The notes: generated from the letters alone by a model not told the origin. A stretch of 64,000 bases of DNA from an uncultured Armatimonadetes bacterium (GCA_963717145.1 OY970325.1:2752001-2816000); one strand, 5' to 3'. Shown: positions 9,906 through 20,011, counted from the first letter of the stretch. Numbers and translations are program-made.

Positions 9906-10855
9906 TCATCATTGTCACGGTGCTGATCTTCATATTGGTCGTGACCGTGGTCATCCTGCTTGGCGTGCGCAGTAACAGCCGGGCGGGAGACACCAAGGAA
10001 AGGCTGAAGGCTCTGCTCGGGGGGTCGCTCTCCGCGACAGCCGACTTCGAGCAGCCGGCTGCCGTCCAGGGCGAAGCGAAGACACCTCGCCGGTCCATGA
10101 TGGGGAAGGGAATGACTGAGCGGCTGTCCGCCTCGTTGTCCGCCGCGGGCTTGTCGATACGTCCCAGCGAGTTCATGGCGGCCGTGCTCGGGGGTGTCGT
10201 GTTCGCGCAGATTCTGGCGGTGGTGTTGTTCCACAATGTGCTGGGGTCCGCCGCGTTCGGCCTGCTGAGCTTGTACGCCCCGGGAGCGGTCCTGCGCTTC
10301 ATGGAGCATCGGCGACAGGCGGCATTCAACGCCCAGATAGCCGACGCAATCCTGATGATCAGTTCGTCCCTGCGCTCGGGGTTCAGCTTCCTCAGAGGGC
10401 TGCAGATGATTGCCAAGGAAATGCCTCCGCCTATCTCGCAGGAGTTTCAGCGAGTGGTCGACGAGGTGAACGTAGCCAGACCGTTGGAGGATGCTCTCGC
10501 CGACGTTGTCCACAGGGTGAAGAGCTACGACTTCGACCTCGTGTGCACGGCAGTGCTGATCCAGATCGGTGTCGGCGGCAATCTTGCCGATGTGCTGGAA
10601 AGCATAGGCAATACAATCAGGGAGAGAGTCCAGGTAATCGGTGAGATGCGGGCATTGACCGCTGAGGGAAAGATGTCGGGGATGATCCTGATGCTTATGC
10701 CGGTCGGCGTAGGCTTACTCCTCGCGGCGCGTAACCCGGAGTATATGGCGCCTCTGATCACCGAACCTATCGGACACATGATGCTCGCAGTAGCGGCCGT
10801 GATGCAACTGATGGGCGGCTTCATAATCAAGAAGATGCTGGTGCTGGATGTCTGA
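9902..10855 (+). CDS. tadB: TadB (T2SS F-family) inner-membrane platform protein
   Basis: SSSLRSGFS, GGNLADVL, RALTAEGKMSG motifs; multiple TMs; ATGA overlap with cpaF. Confidence 0.93.
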   Translation: MIIIVTVLIFILVVTVVILLGVRSNSRAGDTKERLKALLGGSLSATADFEQPAAVQGEAKTPRRSMMGKGMTERLSASLSAAGLSIRPSEFMAAVLGGVVFAQILAVVLFHNVLGSAAFGLLSLYAPGAVLRFMEHRRQAAFNAQIADAILMISSSLRSGFSFLRGLQMIAKEMPPPISQEFQRVVDEVNVARPLEDALADVVHRVKSYDFDLVCTAVLIQIGVGGNLADVLESIGNTIRERVQVIGEMRALTAEGKMSGMILMLMPVGVGLLLAARNPEYMAPLITEPIGHMMLAVAAVMQLMGGFIIKKMLVLDV

Positions 10856-10900
10856 TCCGCGCCATGCGTTTCCCGCACAATGCGGGAGAGGCTGAAAACA

Positions 10901-11834
10901 ATGCTGATCATAGTAGCCATAGGCGTGTTCATATCGATTGCCCTGCTGATCCTGGGCCTCACACTGAGAATCCGAGAGGGAAACCATTCGCGCGAGGCTC
11001 GATGAGCAGGCGCGGCCGCATGTGACCGCTGTTGCAATGAGCGCGGTGGAACAGGAGCTGGCGAAGCCCTTCGCAGAGCGGGTCGTTCGTCCATGGCTTC
11101 ATCGCCTGGCGCGCATCGCGGAGCGCATGACGCCGCGCGGATCGGCGGAGAATGTGGACGGCAAGCTCAATGCGGCGGGCCGCCCCTGGCATCTCAACGC
11201 ACGTGAGTTCACCGGCCTGCGAGTTCTGTCCATCATGGTCTTCCTGGTCCCCGGGTTCGTAGCACTGAGAGGCATTGACGGCTCGATCCTCATGCGCATG
11301 GCGGCCGCCGGCCTGTGTATCTTCGTGGGGGTGATGCTGCCCGACTTCATGCTCGCCAGAGCCGCCGGTGAGAGGAAGGCGCAGATCCGCAGGACATTGC
11401 CGGATACTTTGGACCTTCTGATGGTGAGCGTGGAGGCCGGTCTGGGCCTCGACGCGGCGATTCAGAAAGTGACCGAGAAACTGCAAGGCCCGCTGGCGGA
11501 TGAAATGCGCCAGGCCTTGCAAGAGATGCGCCTCGGCAAGCTGCGAATGGAAGCCCTGCGGTCGATGGCGCAACGTTCACAGGTTGCCGAGCTATCGATG
11601 TTCGTCGCGGCCGTATATCAGGCCGACCAGCTCGGGGTGAGTATATCGAGGGTGCTCAAAATACAGGGCCAGACGCTTCGATCACAGCGAACTCAACGCG
11701 CGCGGGAAGTCGCGGCGAAACTTCCTATCAAGATGCTCTTCCCCCTAATCTTCTTCATATTCCCGGCGCTGTTCGTGGTGATCCTCGCGCCCGGCGCGAT
11801 ACAGGCGGCCAAGGCCCTGGGGATCACACCCTAA
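10901..11834 (+). CDS. tadC: TadC (T2SS F-family) platform protein, frameshifted near 10968
   Basis: LPDTLDLLMVSVEAGLGLDAA and KMLFPLIFFIFPALF motifs; the N-terminal TM (MLIIVAIGVFISIALLILGL, ATG 10901) lies in a different frame from ETIRARLDEQ onward. Confidence 0.9.
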
Positions 11835-11863
11835 CTGGTATGTGGAGAAAGAGGAGTGAAATC

Positions 11864-13144
11864 ATGGCATGCACAGATTCTGTCTCACCCGATAGACCCG
11901 AGAGCCGTCGAGGGGCCGTGCTCATCTTGTTCACGATATCGATCCTGGCCCTGCTGGGAATCTGCGCACTGGTCATCGACTTAGGCATCGCGTATGTTGC
12001 CGACGCGCAATTACAGAATGCCGCCGATGCCGCGGCTATGGCCGGCGTGGGGAAGCTGCGCGAAAGGCTGGATCAGGAGGCGACCAAGCAGGAGGCGATT
12101 GTGATAGCCGCCGCCAACAAGGTTCTCGGGGACTCCCAGATAGTCTCCTATGGAGATGTCGTGGTCGGCAGTTGGAATGCGACTACTCAGCAGATCATAC
12201 CCTGGAACGAGACAAACGGCGCCTTCGCGGTTCAGGTGACCGCTAAGCGCACGACGGGCTCGACAAACGGTCCGGTACCCACGTTCTTCGCCAGGATCTT
12301 CGGCATTCATTCGACGGACATGACGTGTACCGCCATCGCCGGAGTCGAAGCTCGTCTGCAGGCAAGAAGGGCGGTGTCCATCATGGTCGTCCAGGATGGA
12401 TCGTCCTCATTCCAGAGCGCGTGGTCCAAGGCAGTGGACGCCGACACGGCATTGTTCAGCCTGATAAACGGTGTCTCGGTGACAAACGACTGCATGGGCA
12501 TAGTGACTTTCACCGCAAAACTGCCAAATTCGTATCTTCAGCAAGCGGGGCTACTCACCTCGTACAATCAGAACCCCGGGATGAATGAGGGAATCAAGTA
12601 CACAACGAACTCCAGTGGGCGACCAAGGAAGACAAACGCCCAAGGGGTCTCCGACTCCAACGGGTTGGTCCGACCCATGACCGGCCCGCTGACGTCGTTC
12701 GACCCCAACAACCATTCCGTCTTGCCGACGGGTCTCGACACGGCGGGCAAGCTGGTAAAGAATGGCATCTGCTGGGGAGATACCGACACCTCCGCCGGGC
12801 TGAACTACGCGATCGACCGGCTGCAGGCTGCCAACCCCGCCACCGACAAGGTGATCGTGCTCTTCAGTGACGGCAAACCGCACTCGGTCGCTGACGGTGG
12901 CAATGGGGCGGCGACTCACGCGTTCGAAGTGGCCGCCGTTGCCGCCGCAGACAGAGCCGCGGCGCTGGGGATTCGCATCCATACGGTTACCCTGGAAGGA
13001 ACGCACGGGGCTAACTTCATATTCAACGAAGGATTGGTGCGGAACGGCGGCGCGGCACTGCGGGCTGCCAACGCGGACCAACTGCGCGGCCTTCTGATCG
13101 CTGTAGGGACGATCGAGGTCGGCCGCCCGCGACTCCTCAAGTGA
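11864..13144 (+). CDS. tadG: TadG-like minor pilin with a C-terminal von Willebrand A domain
   Basis: RRG/AVLILF...IDLG...LQNAADAAAMAG; MIDAS residues DGSSS, GDTDT, LFSDG. Confidence 0.88.
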   Translation: MACTDSVSPDRPESRRGAVLILFTISILALLGICALVIDLGIAYVADAQLQNAADAAAMAGVGKLRERLDQEATKQEAIVIAAANKVLGDSQIVSYGDVVVGSWNATTQQIIPWNETNGAFAVQVTAKRTTGSTNGPVPTFFARIFGIHSTDMTCTAIAGVEARLQARRAVSIMVVQDGSSSFQSAWSKAVDADTALFSLINGVSVTNDCMGIVTFTAKLPNSYLQQAGLLTSYNQNPGMNEGIKYTTNSSGRPRKTNAQGVSDSNGLVRPMTGPLTSFDPNNHSVLPTGLDTAGKLVKNGICWGDTDTSAGLNYAIDRLQAANPATDKVIVLFSDGKPHSVADGGNGAATHAFEVAAVAAADRAAALGIRIHTVTLEGTHGANFIFNEGLVRNGGAALRAANADQLRGLLIAVGTIEVGRPRLLK

Positions 13145-13176
13145 TCGGTAAGTCGCCGGATTCTTACTCCGCGCGG

Positions 13177-14616
13177 CTACTCCTCCAGGGGCACCTTGCG
13201 ATTCCTGAACCAGCGCTTGCCCATCTGATCCTTGAACCGCTCGACGTAGGCGTCCGATGGCTCGAACTTGTCGCCGATCTTCGCCATCATCGACTGAAGC
13301 TGGGCGTCCAACTTGTCCTGCACGGCCTTGTGCGCCGGCTTGTTGACGAGGTTGTCCTTCTGGTAGGGGTCCTTCTCGTTGTCGAACAGAAGCCATGCCT
13401 TGCCACGGAATCGGGCATACGTATACTGCGCCGTTCGGACCCCGCGCCACTCCGCATTGGCCTTGGGTCCGACATCGATGATACGCTGGAGTAGGACCGC
13501 CTCGGGCTTCTTCCCACCCTTGCCGAGGATTACCGGCGAGAGGTCCGTGCCCTCGACCGCCTTCGGGACGGAGATATCGCACATCGAGAGGAGCGTCGGC
13601 ATGACATCGACCGAGTTGATCATGCAGTCGGTCTTCTGGCCGGCCTTGATCGCCCTCGGGTAGCGCATGATGAACGGCACGTTGATGCTCTCCTCGTACG
13701 GCACGTTCTTGCCCTTGAGTCCCTGGCTGCCGAACATGTCGCCGTGATCGCTCGAGAAGCAGATAATCGTGTCGTCCGCGAGGCCGAGGTCGTCGAGCGC
13801 CTTCATGATCCGACCCATGTTGTCATCGAGGTTGGTGATCATGCCGTTGTACTTCACCACATCGGCGCTGAGGTCCATGCCCTTGGGGACGTTCGGACGC
13901 TTGGCAAGCTTGGCGGCGTCGTACATCTTCTCGTACTTCTCAGGCGCTCCGATCGGGGGATGCGGCGCGCGCCAGGCGAGCATGAGAAAGAACGGGTTCT
14001 TCGTATTCGCCTTCATGAAGTCGATCGCGATGTCGGTCTGACCGTCCATCTCGTACCCGGGGATCGGTATCTCCTCCGGCGTGTCCTTGCAGTAGAAGCT
14101 GTCGAAATACTCGCCGCCGAGGTTGCGGGATGCCCAGAACTCGAAGCCGTGACGGCGGTCCTTCGGGATGAACGAGTCGTGGTTCTTCTCGAGATGCCAC
14201 TTGCCGATGAAGCCGGTCTTGTACCCCTGCTGCTTGAAGGATTCCGCGATCGTGACCTCGCTCTCGGGCAGGGCGATCTCGTTTGAGACCATGCCGGTCG
14301 AGGTGCCGTAGCGGCCGGTCATAATCATCGCGCGGTAAGGAGTGCAGAGCGGATACCCACTGATCGCATCGGTGAAGAGCATCCCCAGCGAGGCGAGCCG
14401 GTCGAAGTTCGGCGTGCGGATATCCTTATCCTGACCAATGCATCCGAGCGAGCAGTTGCGCATCTGGTCGGCAAATATGAATACGACGTTCGGCTTGTTC
14501 TTCGGAGCGTCTGCACACGATACTATCCCCGGCAAGCCGCCGAGCACCGTCAATCCCGCGAGCGCTCCCACGCCTCGGGTCAAGAACTCTCTTCTGGTCG
14601 GTTTATCTGATGTCAA
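13177..14616 (-). CDS. Tat-exported sulfatase (S1, Cys-type)
   Basis: TRREFL twin-arginine signal; PNVVFIFADQ, CTPYR..MTGRY, GKWHL, SDHG; probable TTG start at 14616. Confidence 0.92.
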   Translation of the reverse strand: MTSDKPTRREFLTRGVGALAGLTVLGGLPGIVSCADAPKNKPNVVFIFADQMRNCSLGCIGQDKDIRTPNFDRLASLGMLFTDAISGYPLCTPYRAMIMTGRYGTSTGMVSNEIALPESEVTIAESFKQQGYKTGFIGKWHLEKNHDSFIPKDRRHGFEFWASRNLGGEYFDSFYCKDTPEEIPIPGYEMDGQTDIAIDFMKANTKNPFFLMLAWRAPHPPIGAPEKYEKMYDAAKLAKRPNVPKGMDLSADVVKYNGMITNLDDNMGRIMKALDDLGLADDTIICFSSDHGDMFGSQGLKGKNVPYEESINVPFIMRYPRAIKAGQKTDCMINSVDVMPTLLSMCDISVPKAVEGTDLSPVILGKGGKKPEAVLLQRIIDVGPKANAEWRGVRTAQYTYARFRGKAWLLFDNEKDPYQKDNLVNKPAHKAVQDKLDAQLQSMMAKIGDKFEPSDAYVERFKDQMGKRWFRNRKVPLEE

Positions 14617-14800
14617 CTGCGAATCTTCCTTTCCAAACACTGATTGGTCCTAGGCCCTAGGGGTCTCATGGCGACTATGGTTCAGACGGCCAGGCCGCCG
14701 GAAGGTTCAGTGTGATATAGCCTTAGCCTGATGCCTTGCCGTTTCCTGCAGGATTACCGGCGGCACGGCCAGAACATCGGTTGTGACGGAGACGAAGGGT

Positions 14801-14923
14801 GTTGGTGCGGATTTTGTAATCCAGCACCCGAGGGCAGACCGGCATCTGTGATGCCTTCTCCGCCGTGAGAGGATCACAGATCCTGCTTTGCCAATGCGGG
14901 CTGGAATGCAAATCCGCCCGAAC
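14801..14923. repeat. About 120-bp palindromic dispersed element, family A copy 1
   Basis: Termini GTTGGTGCGGATTT(T)GTAATCCAGC ... GCTGGAATGCAAATCCGCCCGAAC; alignable with 50292-50414. Confidence 0.85.
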
Positions 14924-14969
14924 ATGCTCGCGGGAGACGCCCGAACATGTTCACGGGAGGCGATTCGAC

Positions 14970-15824
14970 ATGAAGATCACTGCCATACTCATCATCATCG
15001 TGACGGTCGCATTGTGTGCCGCATCGGCCGCCAACGATGACGGCAAGGTCAGGATCTACATCATGACCGACATGGAGGGCGTCACCTCGATCGAGTCCTT
15101 CGAGATGATCCAGCGAGACGGCCCTCGATTCCAGGAGTGCCGCAAGCTCCTGATGGACGACGTCAACGCCGCGATCGAGGGCGCGTTCGCTGGGGGAGCG
15201 GACGAGGTGTGGGTGCTCGACGCTCACAGTACCGGGAAGAACTTCATCCCCGGGACGCTCGACAAACGCGCCGTCCAGGATCCGCGCGATCTCAAGGGAT
15301 GGTGGGCCGGGATGGATGAGACGTTCGATGGAACGTTCTTCGTCGGCGCCCATGCGATGGCCGGGACGTTGAACGCCTTCCTCGATCACACCATGAACTC
15401 GACCGCCTGGCATCACTACAGGCTGAACGGCAAGCGGTACGGCGAGATAGAGATCTGGGGCACGATGGCCGGCCACTTCGGCATCCCGATGCTCATGGTC
15501 TCGGGCGACGAGGCGGTCTGCGCCGAGGCGAAGGCGTTCTTCGGCACGATCGAGACGGCCGCCGTGAAGAAGGCGACCGCTCGGAACAAGGCGGAGTGCC
15601 TCCCCGCCGATGAGGCACGCGCCCGGATACGTGAGGCCGCCCGCCGAGCCGTTTCGCTGATCGGCAAGGCCAAGCCGATCGTCCCGCCGAAGCGACTGGA
15701 GATCACATTGGAGTACAACCGCGCCAACTACTGCGACTCGGGGGCAAAGAAGCCCGGCGTCGAGCGCGTCGATGCCTACACGATTCGCAAGGTAACGGAG
15801 AACCCGCTGGAGTTGCTGCCGTAA
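14970..15824 (+). CDS. M55 family D-aminopeptidase (DppA-like) with a signal peptide
   Basis: IMTDMEGV, DAH, VGAHAMAG, LDHT, MVSGDEAVCAEA metal-ligand motifs; N-terminal MKITAILIIIVTVALCAASA; SD GGAGG. Confidence 0.88.
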   Translation: MKITAILIIIVTVALCAASAANDDGKVRIYIMTDMEGVTSIESFEMIQRDGPRFQECRKLLMDDVNAAIEGAFAGGADEVWVLDAHSTGKNFIPGTLDKRAVQDPRDLKGWWAGMDETFDGTFFVGAHAMAGTLNAFLDHTMNSTAWHHYRLNGKRYGEIEIWGTMAGHFGIPMLMVSGDEAVCAEAKAFFGTIETAAVKKATARNKAECLPADEARARIREAARRAVSLIGKAKPIVPPKRLEITLEYNRANYCDSGAKKPGVERVDAYTIRKVTENPLELLP

Positions 15825-15973
15825 ACTCGAAGCACGAAACACGAGATTCGAAACAAATCCGAATAACTGAGATCAAAAAAGGCAAAACGCGTCTTCGCTG
15901 GCAAAGGTATTTGATTTGCCTCTTTCCTGATTTGCCTTGTTGTTTCGTGCTTCGGATTTCGGATTTCGAATTT
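15824..15973. repeat. AT-rich inverted repeat built from degenerate 7-mers (AAATCCG/CGGATTT)
   Basis: CGAAGCACGAAACA (15828-15841) is the reverse complement of TGTTTCGTGCTTCG (15941-15954), followed by GATTTCGGATTTCGAATTT. Confidence 0.75.
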
Positions 15974-15991
15974 GCCTCATGGAGGTCTTCA

Positions 15992-17881
15992 TTGAGCAAG
16001 GTAACAATCGCGAGCCACGGCTGGTCCGAGTGGCTGATCGTTGAGGCGTCGCCGAAGTCCCCGGTGTGCCGCTTCGCCGTCGAGGAGTTGCAGAAGTACC
16101 TGAAGCAGATCTCCGACTGCGAGCTGTTCATCGCCGAGGACGCGGGCGACTACAATGCGATCACCGTCGGGCTGAGATCCGACCTGCGCCCGGAGGACCT
16201 GGCGCTGCTCCCCGCCTCAAAGCCGGGGCACGACGGCTACTCGATCGCCATCGACGACAACAAGATCGTGCTCGCCGGCGACACGGAACGAGGCGCGGCC
16301 TATGCGGTCTACGATCTCCTCGAGCGGATCGGCTGCAGATGGTTCTATCCCCAGTGCGACCCGAAAGACGTCGAGGTCGTGCCGAAACTGGAGCGCATCG
16401 TCCTCGATTCAGCGTCCCGGTCGGTCGCCTCGCCGATGAAGATACGCATCTGCAACCCGAGCAGCTTCTACTTCGACGTCCACCCCGAGATGATGAAGCC
16501 GCAGCTCGATATGGCGATGAAGGCCCGATACAACGCGATCGGCTGGCAGTGCGATCACAGGACGCCCGTCGGCGATCAGTACCGCGAGATGGAGGCGGGC
16601 GGAGTCATCGAGGAGATCCAGAAGCGCGGCATGCTCCTCCATGGACCGGGCCACAGCTTCCCTCACTTCATGAAGAACGAATACTTCGAGGACCACCCCG
16701 AGTGGTTCGGCGTGCGAGACGGCGTGCGGACGAAGCAGGTGATCGGGGGCGCGCAGTTCTGCTGGACGAACGCCGAGGCACGGAAGCGGTTCATCGACAA
16801 CGCCGTGGAGTTCGTGCTCGCAAGCCCCGCGATCGGCATCTTCTTCACGGTGGGATGGGACGGAGGCCCGTGCTGCGAATGTCCCGACTGCAAGAAGAGC
16901 AAGCCCGCCAACCAGATCTTCCAGCTAATGAACGAACTCGCGGAGCGGCTCGCCGTGAGCGCGCCACACGTGCAGTTGGAGACGTGTGGGTGCTACAACC
17001 CGCTCTTCGATCCGCCCGAGGTCGTGAAGCCAAACGAGAAGGTGCGCGTCGTGTGGGCGCATTGGGGGCGCTATCACGGCTTCGGCTACGGCGACAAGCG
17101 GTACACCCTGAGGCAGAACCTCGAGTCGTGGAACGCCTCGGTCCCGGGCCGATTCACCCTCTGCCAGTATACCACCGACAATTTCGCGACGCCGTGGATC
17201 TCAGCGCCCTACCCCATCGTGCTGGAGGAGGACCGCGCCTACATGATCGAGCGCGGCATCGACGCCATCTACATGCTCATGTGGTCGAAGGGATACTGGT
17301 GGAATCACGGCCTGAACTGCTATATGTCCGGCATGTGCTACTACGACGCGTCGCTGAATCCGTGGGACGTGATCCGGGATTACGCGCTCCATTACTTCGG
17401 CCCGAACGCCGGCCCGCTGCTCTCGGTGTACCTGACCGAGTGGGCGCAGAACGTCGATTTGCCCTACCACGTCAAGGACGGAACGACCGAGAGCGACCGC
17501 GCGATGCTCGATCAGCAGCGCCGGTTCTACATCGACCCGGCGGTCGAGGCGGTCAAGGGCGATCCGCTCCTCGAGCACCGCGTCGGGAAGGTCGCCAAGT
17601 TGCACGACCTGGCCGAGCGCCTCGATGAGTTCCATCGCAGGCACGCGAAGATCACGAAGCTGCGGGAGTCCGGCGACTTCGAGAAGGCGTCGGAGCTGCT
17701 CCCCAAGGCGCGGGTCTATGCCGACGAGCTTCTGGCGCACATGAGTTCGCTGGCGAACCTCGATCAGGGGCTGATCGACAAGGATGAGGTCCCCGGCTTC
17801 ATCACCCTCGGGGTCAAGAACTGGATCGCCGAGGAGGAGAAGGCGGTCGAGGCGAAGTCAACGGTGATCGGTGAACAGTGA
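15992..17881 (+). CDS. DUF4838-family putative glycoside hydrolase
   Basis: DGYSI...LAGDTERGAAYAVYDLLERIGCRWFYP, HSF...YFEDHPEWF, QFCWTN, CECPDC; TTG start with GGAGG. Confidence 0.78.
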   Translation: MSKVTIASHGWSEWLIVEASPKSPVCRFAVEELQKYLKQISDCELFIAEDAGDYNAITVGLRSDLRPEDLALLPASKPGHDGYSIAIDDNKIVLAGDTERGAAYAVYDLLERIGCRWFYPQCDPKDVEVVPKLERIVLDSASRSVASPMKIRICNPSSFYFDVHPEMMKPQLDMAMKARYNAIGWQCDHRTPVGDQYREMEAGGVIEEIQKRGMLLHGPGHSFPHFMKNEYFEDHPEWFGVRDGVRTKQVIGGAQFCWTNAEARKRFIDNAVEFVLASPAIGIFFTVGWDGGPCCECPDCKKSKPANQIFQLMNELAERLAVSAPHVQLETCGCYNPLFDPPEVVKPNEKVRVVWAHWGRYHGFGYGDKRYTLRQNLESWNASVPGRFTLCQYTTDNFATPWISAPYPIVLEEDRAYMIERGIDAIYMLMWSKGYWWNHGLNCYMSGMCYYDASLNPWDVIRDYALHYFGPNAGPLLSVYLTEWAQNVDLPYHVKDGTTESDRAMLDQQRRFYIDPAVEAVKGDPLLEHRVGKVAKLHDLAERLDEFHRRHAKITKLRESGDFEKASELLPKARVYADELLAHMSSLANLDQGLIDKDEVPGFITLGVKNWIAEEEKAVEAKSTVIGEQ

Positions 17882-17907
17882 ACGGTCTCCAGTGAGGGCA
17901 AGCTCCA

Positions 17908-18031
17908 CTCCTTACGAACGAGGGGTAGAGGTTCGCTTGGCGATCTTGGCGTCTTGGCGGTTCCAACTCCGGGGGACGCCGCCACGGAAAGCCCCTCGGC
18001 CCAGAGGCCGGTCCCCCTTCGTAAGGGGGAC
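17908..18031. repeat. Intergenic repeat cluster: CTTGGCG tandem repeat and GTCCCCCTT-CGT-AAGGGGGAC hairpin
   Basis: CTTGGCGATCTTGGCGTCTTGGCGGTT at 17936-17962 matches the reverse complement of 50258-50284; perfect 9-bp hairpin at 18011-18031. Confidence 0.65.
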
Positions 18032-18053
18032 ATCGCAGGAGGAAGGATTGCAG

Positions 18054-19004
18054 ATGAATATGGCAGCTTTTCTGGTAGCCGGTGTCTTGATGGCAGGCGT
18101 CTGTTCGGCTGGCGAGGTGAAGTTCGAGACTGTCACGCTCAAGGAAGGCGGGCCGGAAGCGACCGTCATGCTTGCGTACAAGACGGATACGGTCAAACAG
18201 CATCCGGTCATCCTCATGCTCGGCTCGCTCGACCCGAAGGCGCTCCCGGACTGGAGCGTCGGTCTCGTGGACGAGGGATACATGCTCGCGGCGTTCAGCG
18301 TCGCCTATCCGCCGGACCCGGATCCCGCTCGGAGGGCTCAGTGGCTCGTCTTCGATGAGCGATTCGCGCACGGGTACGTCCTCGGGGGATCGCGTGCGCC
18401 GGCCGACGCGAAGCGGGTGATCGACTACCTGATCTCGAGGGGCGACGTCCATCCCGCGAAGATCGGCTGGATGGGCAGCTCATCGACGGGAATCCCGGGG
18501 CTGTCGGTGGCGTGCCATGAAGACCGGTTGGCGGCGATCGTGGCGTTCGTCAGCACGGGCGCGTATGGGGAGTGGCTCGCGAGTTGGAAGACGAACAAGC
18601 TCTGGGTCGGGAAGACCGATGGCATCTGGCCGGAGACGAAGGAGATGCTCAAGATGTGGGATCCGATCCTGCATGTGGCGAAGATGTACCCGGTCGCGGT
18701 GCTGATGGTCAGCGGCGGGGATGACATTGTGGTCGATGCGAAGACCGCGCGGTCGTTCGTACACGCGGCGAAACCGTATTACGCGAACGACCCGGAGCGT
18801 CTGAGGCTCGTGATCTACGACGGATTCGGGCACAACCTGCCCAGGGACATCATCCGCATGTACACCGAGCACTGGTTCCGTCTCTACATGCATCCCACGA
18901 ACGATCCCCCGAAGCCGCCCGATCCCCCGAAGGACCTCCATGAGAGCGCCGACCGCACTCAGATCAATGCGACAGGGCATGACGAGGTGGTAGGAGCGGA
19001 GTGA
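18054..19004 (+). CDS. Secreted alpha/beta hydrolase (esterase or S9-like)
   Basis: Signal peptide; KIGWMGSSSTG nucleophile elbow, SGGDDIVV Asp, DGFGHNL His. Confidence 0.75.
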   Translation: MNMAAFLVAGVLMAGVCSAGEVKFETVTLKEGGPEATVMLAYKTDTVKQHPVILMLGSLDPKALPDWSVGLVDEGYMLAAFSVAYPPDPDPARRAQWLVFDERFAHGYVLGGSRAPADAKRVIDYLISRGDVHPAKIGWMGSSSTGIPGLSVACHEDRLAAIVAFVSTGAYGEWLASWKTNKLWVGKTDGIWPETKEMLKMWDPILHVAKMYPVAVLMVSGGDDIVVDAKTARSFVHAAKPYYANDPERLRLVIYDGFGHNLPRDIIRMYTEHWFRLYMHPTNDPPKPPDPPKDLHESADRTQINATGHDEVVGAE

Positions 19005-19018
19005 GCAGGCCGGGGACG

Positions 19019-19047
19019 TTGACATTGGACGCTGATAAGAGGATAAT
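19019..19047 (+). promoter_or_regulatory. Sigma70-type promoter
   Basis: TTGACA-17 nt-GATAAT upstream of the methyltransferase. Confidence 0.7.
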
Positions 19048-19087
19048 ACGCGTGTCCGACTAGCGCAGTAAGGCGACGAGAGGGCTA

Positions 19088-20011
19088 ATGATGGAAGAGA
19101 AAACGGGCGAGGAACTGGTTCGGGCGTATGCTAAGAACTACCAGTTGTCTCCGGATGCCGTGACTGAGGAAATGGTCATGCGGCATTGGACTTTGGAGCA
19201 GGAGCTGACCAGAGAGCTTCTAAGCTCGTCGCCTGAAGAGCGCTGGGAGACTTTCGAGCGATGTTACAGCACGCTGTATAGCGAACTCCCCTGGCTGAAC
19301 GAACTGCCGAGGAACACGGACGATACAGACCCGAGTCTCTTGTATGACGCCGTGATCAGCCTCGTGAACCCAGAGGCCAAGACAGTCTATGAGATCGGCT
19401 CGGGCAAGGGAACGCTAATCAAGCACCTTGCCGGCCGCGGATACCAATGCAAGGCAACCGAGATCACCCGCGAGAGGGGCAAGAAATGGGTTGACGATAC
19501 CCCAAACCTGACTTGGGGAGCGACGGATGGCGTACATCTGGATCGGTTCGAGGAGCACGGACACTGGGACGTGGTGATCTTGAACAACGTGGTCGAGCAC
19601 ATGCATCCCGATGACTTGATCGAGCACTTCCGAGCGGTCCACAAGATTCTGTCACCAGGCGGTAGGTACATAATCGGCACGCCGCACATCATATCGGGCC
19701 CAACTGACGTGTCCAGAGTTTTCGGCTACGAGACTGCGGCGGGCATGCACTTGAAGGAATACACTTACGGCGAACTGGTAAGCCAGCTACGAGATGCCGG
19801 CTTCAAGAGGTTCAGTTCATGCTTGCGTGTACCCAGACGCATAGCCAAGGTGAAGCCGAGGGAGAGCCGGCTGTACCTGCGGTATCTTCGAGCAATGGAA
19901 ACCGTCCTTGGCATGATCCCCGGCTACGGAGCCAGACGCAAGGCGCTGAAGCTCTCGAAACTCTTGCTCTTCCAGTCCTACATCACACTCGCTGCTGACA
20001 AAGATCGCTGA
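19088..20011 (+). CDS. Class I SAM-dependent methyltransferase
   Basis: VYEIGSGKG motif I, DVVILNNVVEHMHP, LSPGGRYII. Confidence 0.88.
   Translation: MMEEKTGEELVRAYAKNYQLSPDAVTEEMVMRHWTLEQELTRELLSSSPEERWETFERCYSTLYSELPWLNELPRNTDDTDPSLLYDAVISLVNPEAKTVYEIGSGKGTLIKHLAGRGYQCKATEITRERGKKWVDDTPNLTWGATDGVHLDRFEEHGHWDVVILNNVVEHMHPDDLIEHFRAVHKILSPGGRYIIGTPHIISGPTDVSRVFGYETAAGMHLKEYTYGELVSQLRDAGFKRFSSCLRVPRRIAKVKPRESRLYLRYLRAMETVLGMIPGYGARRKALKLSKLLLFQSYITLAADKDR

Noticed and set aside
16066..17628. 520-aa alternative-frame ORF inside the DUF4838 gene
   Set aside because: Arg/Gly/Pro-rich off-frame product typical of GC3 bias
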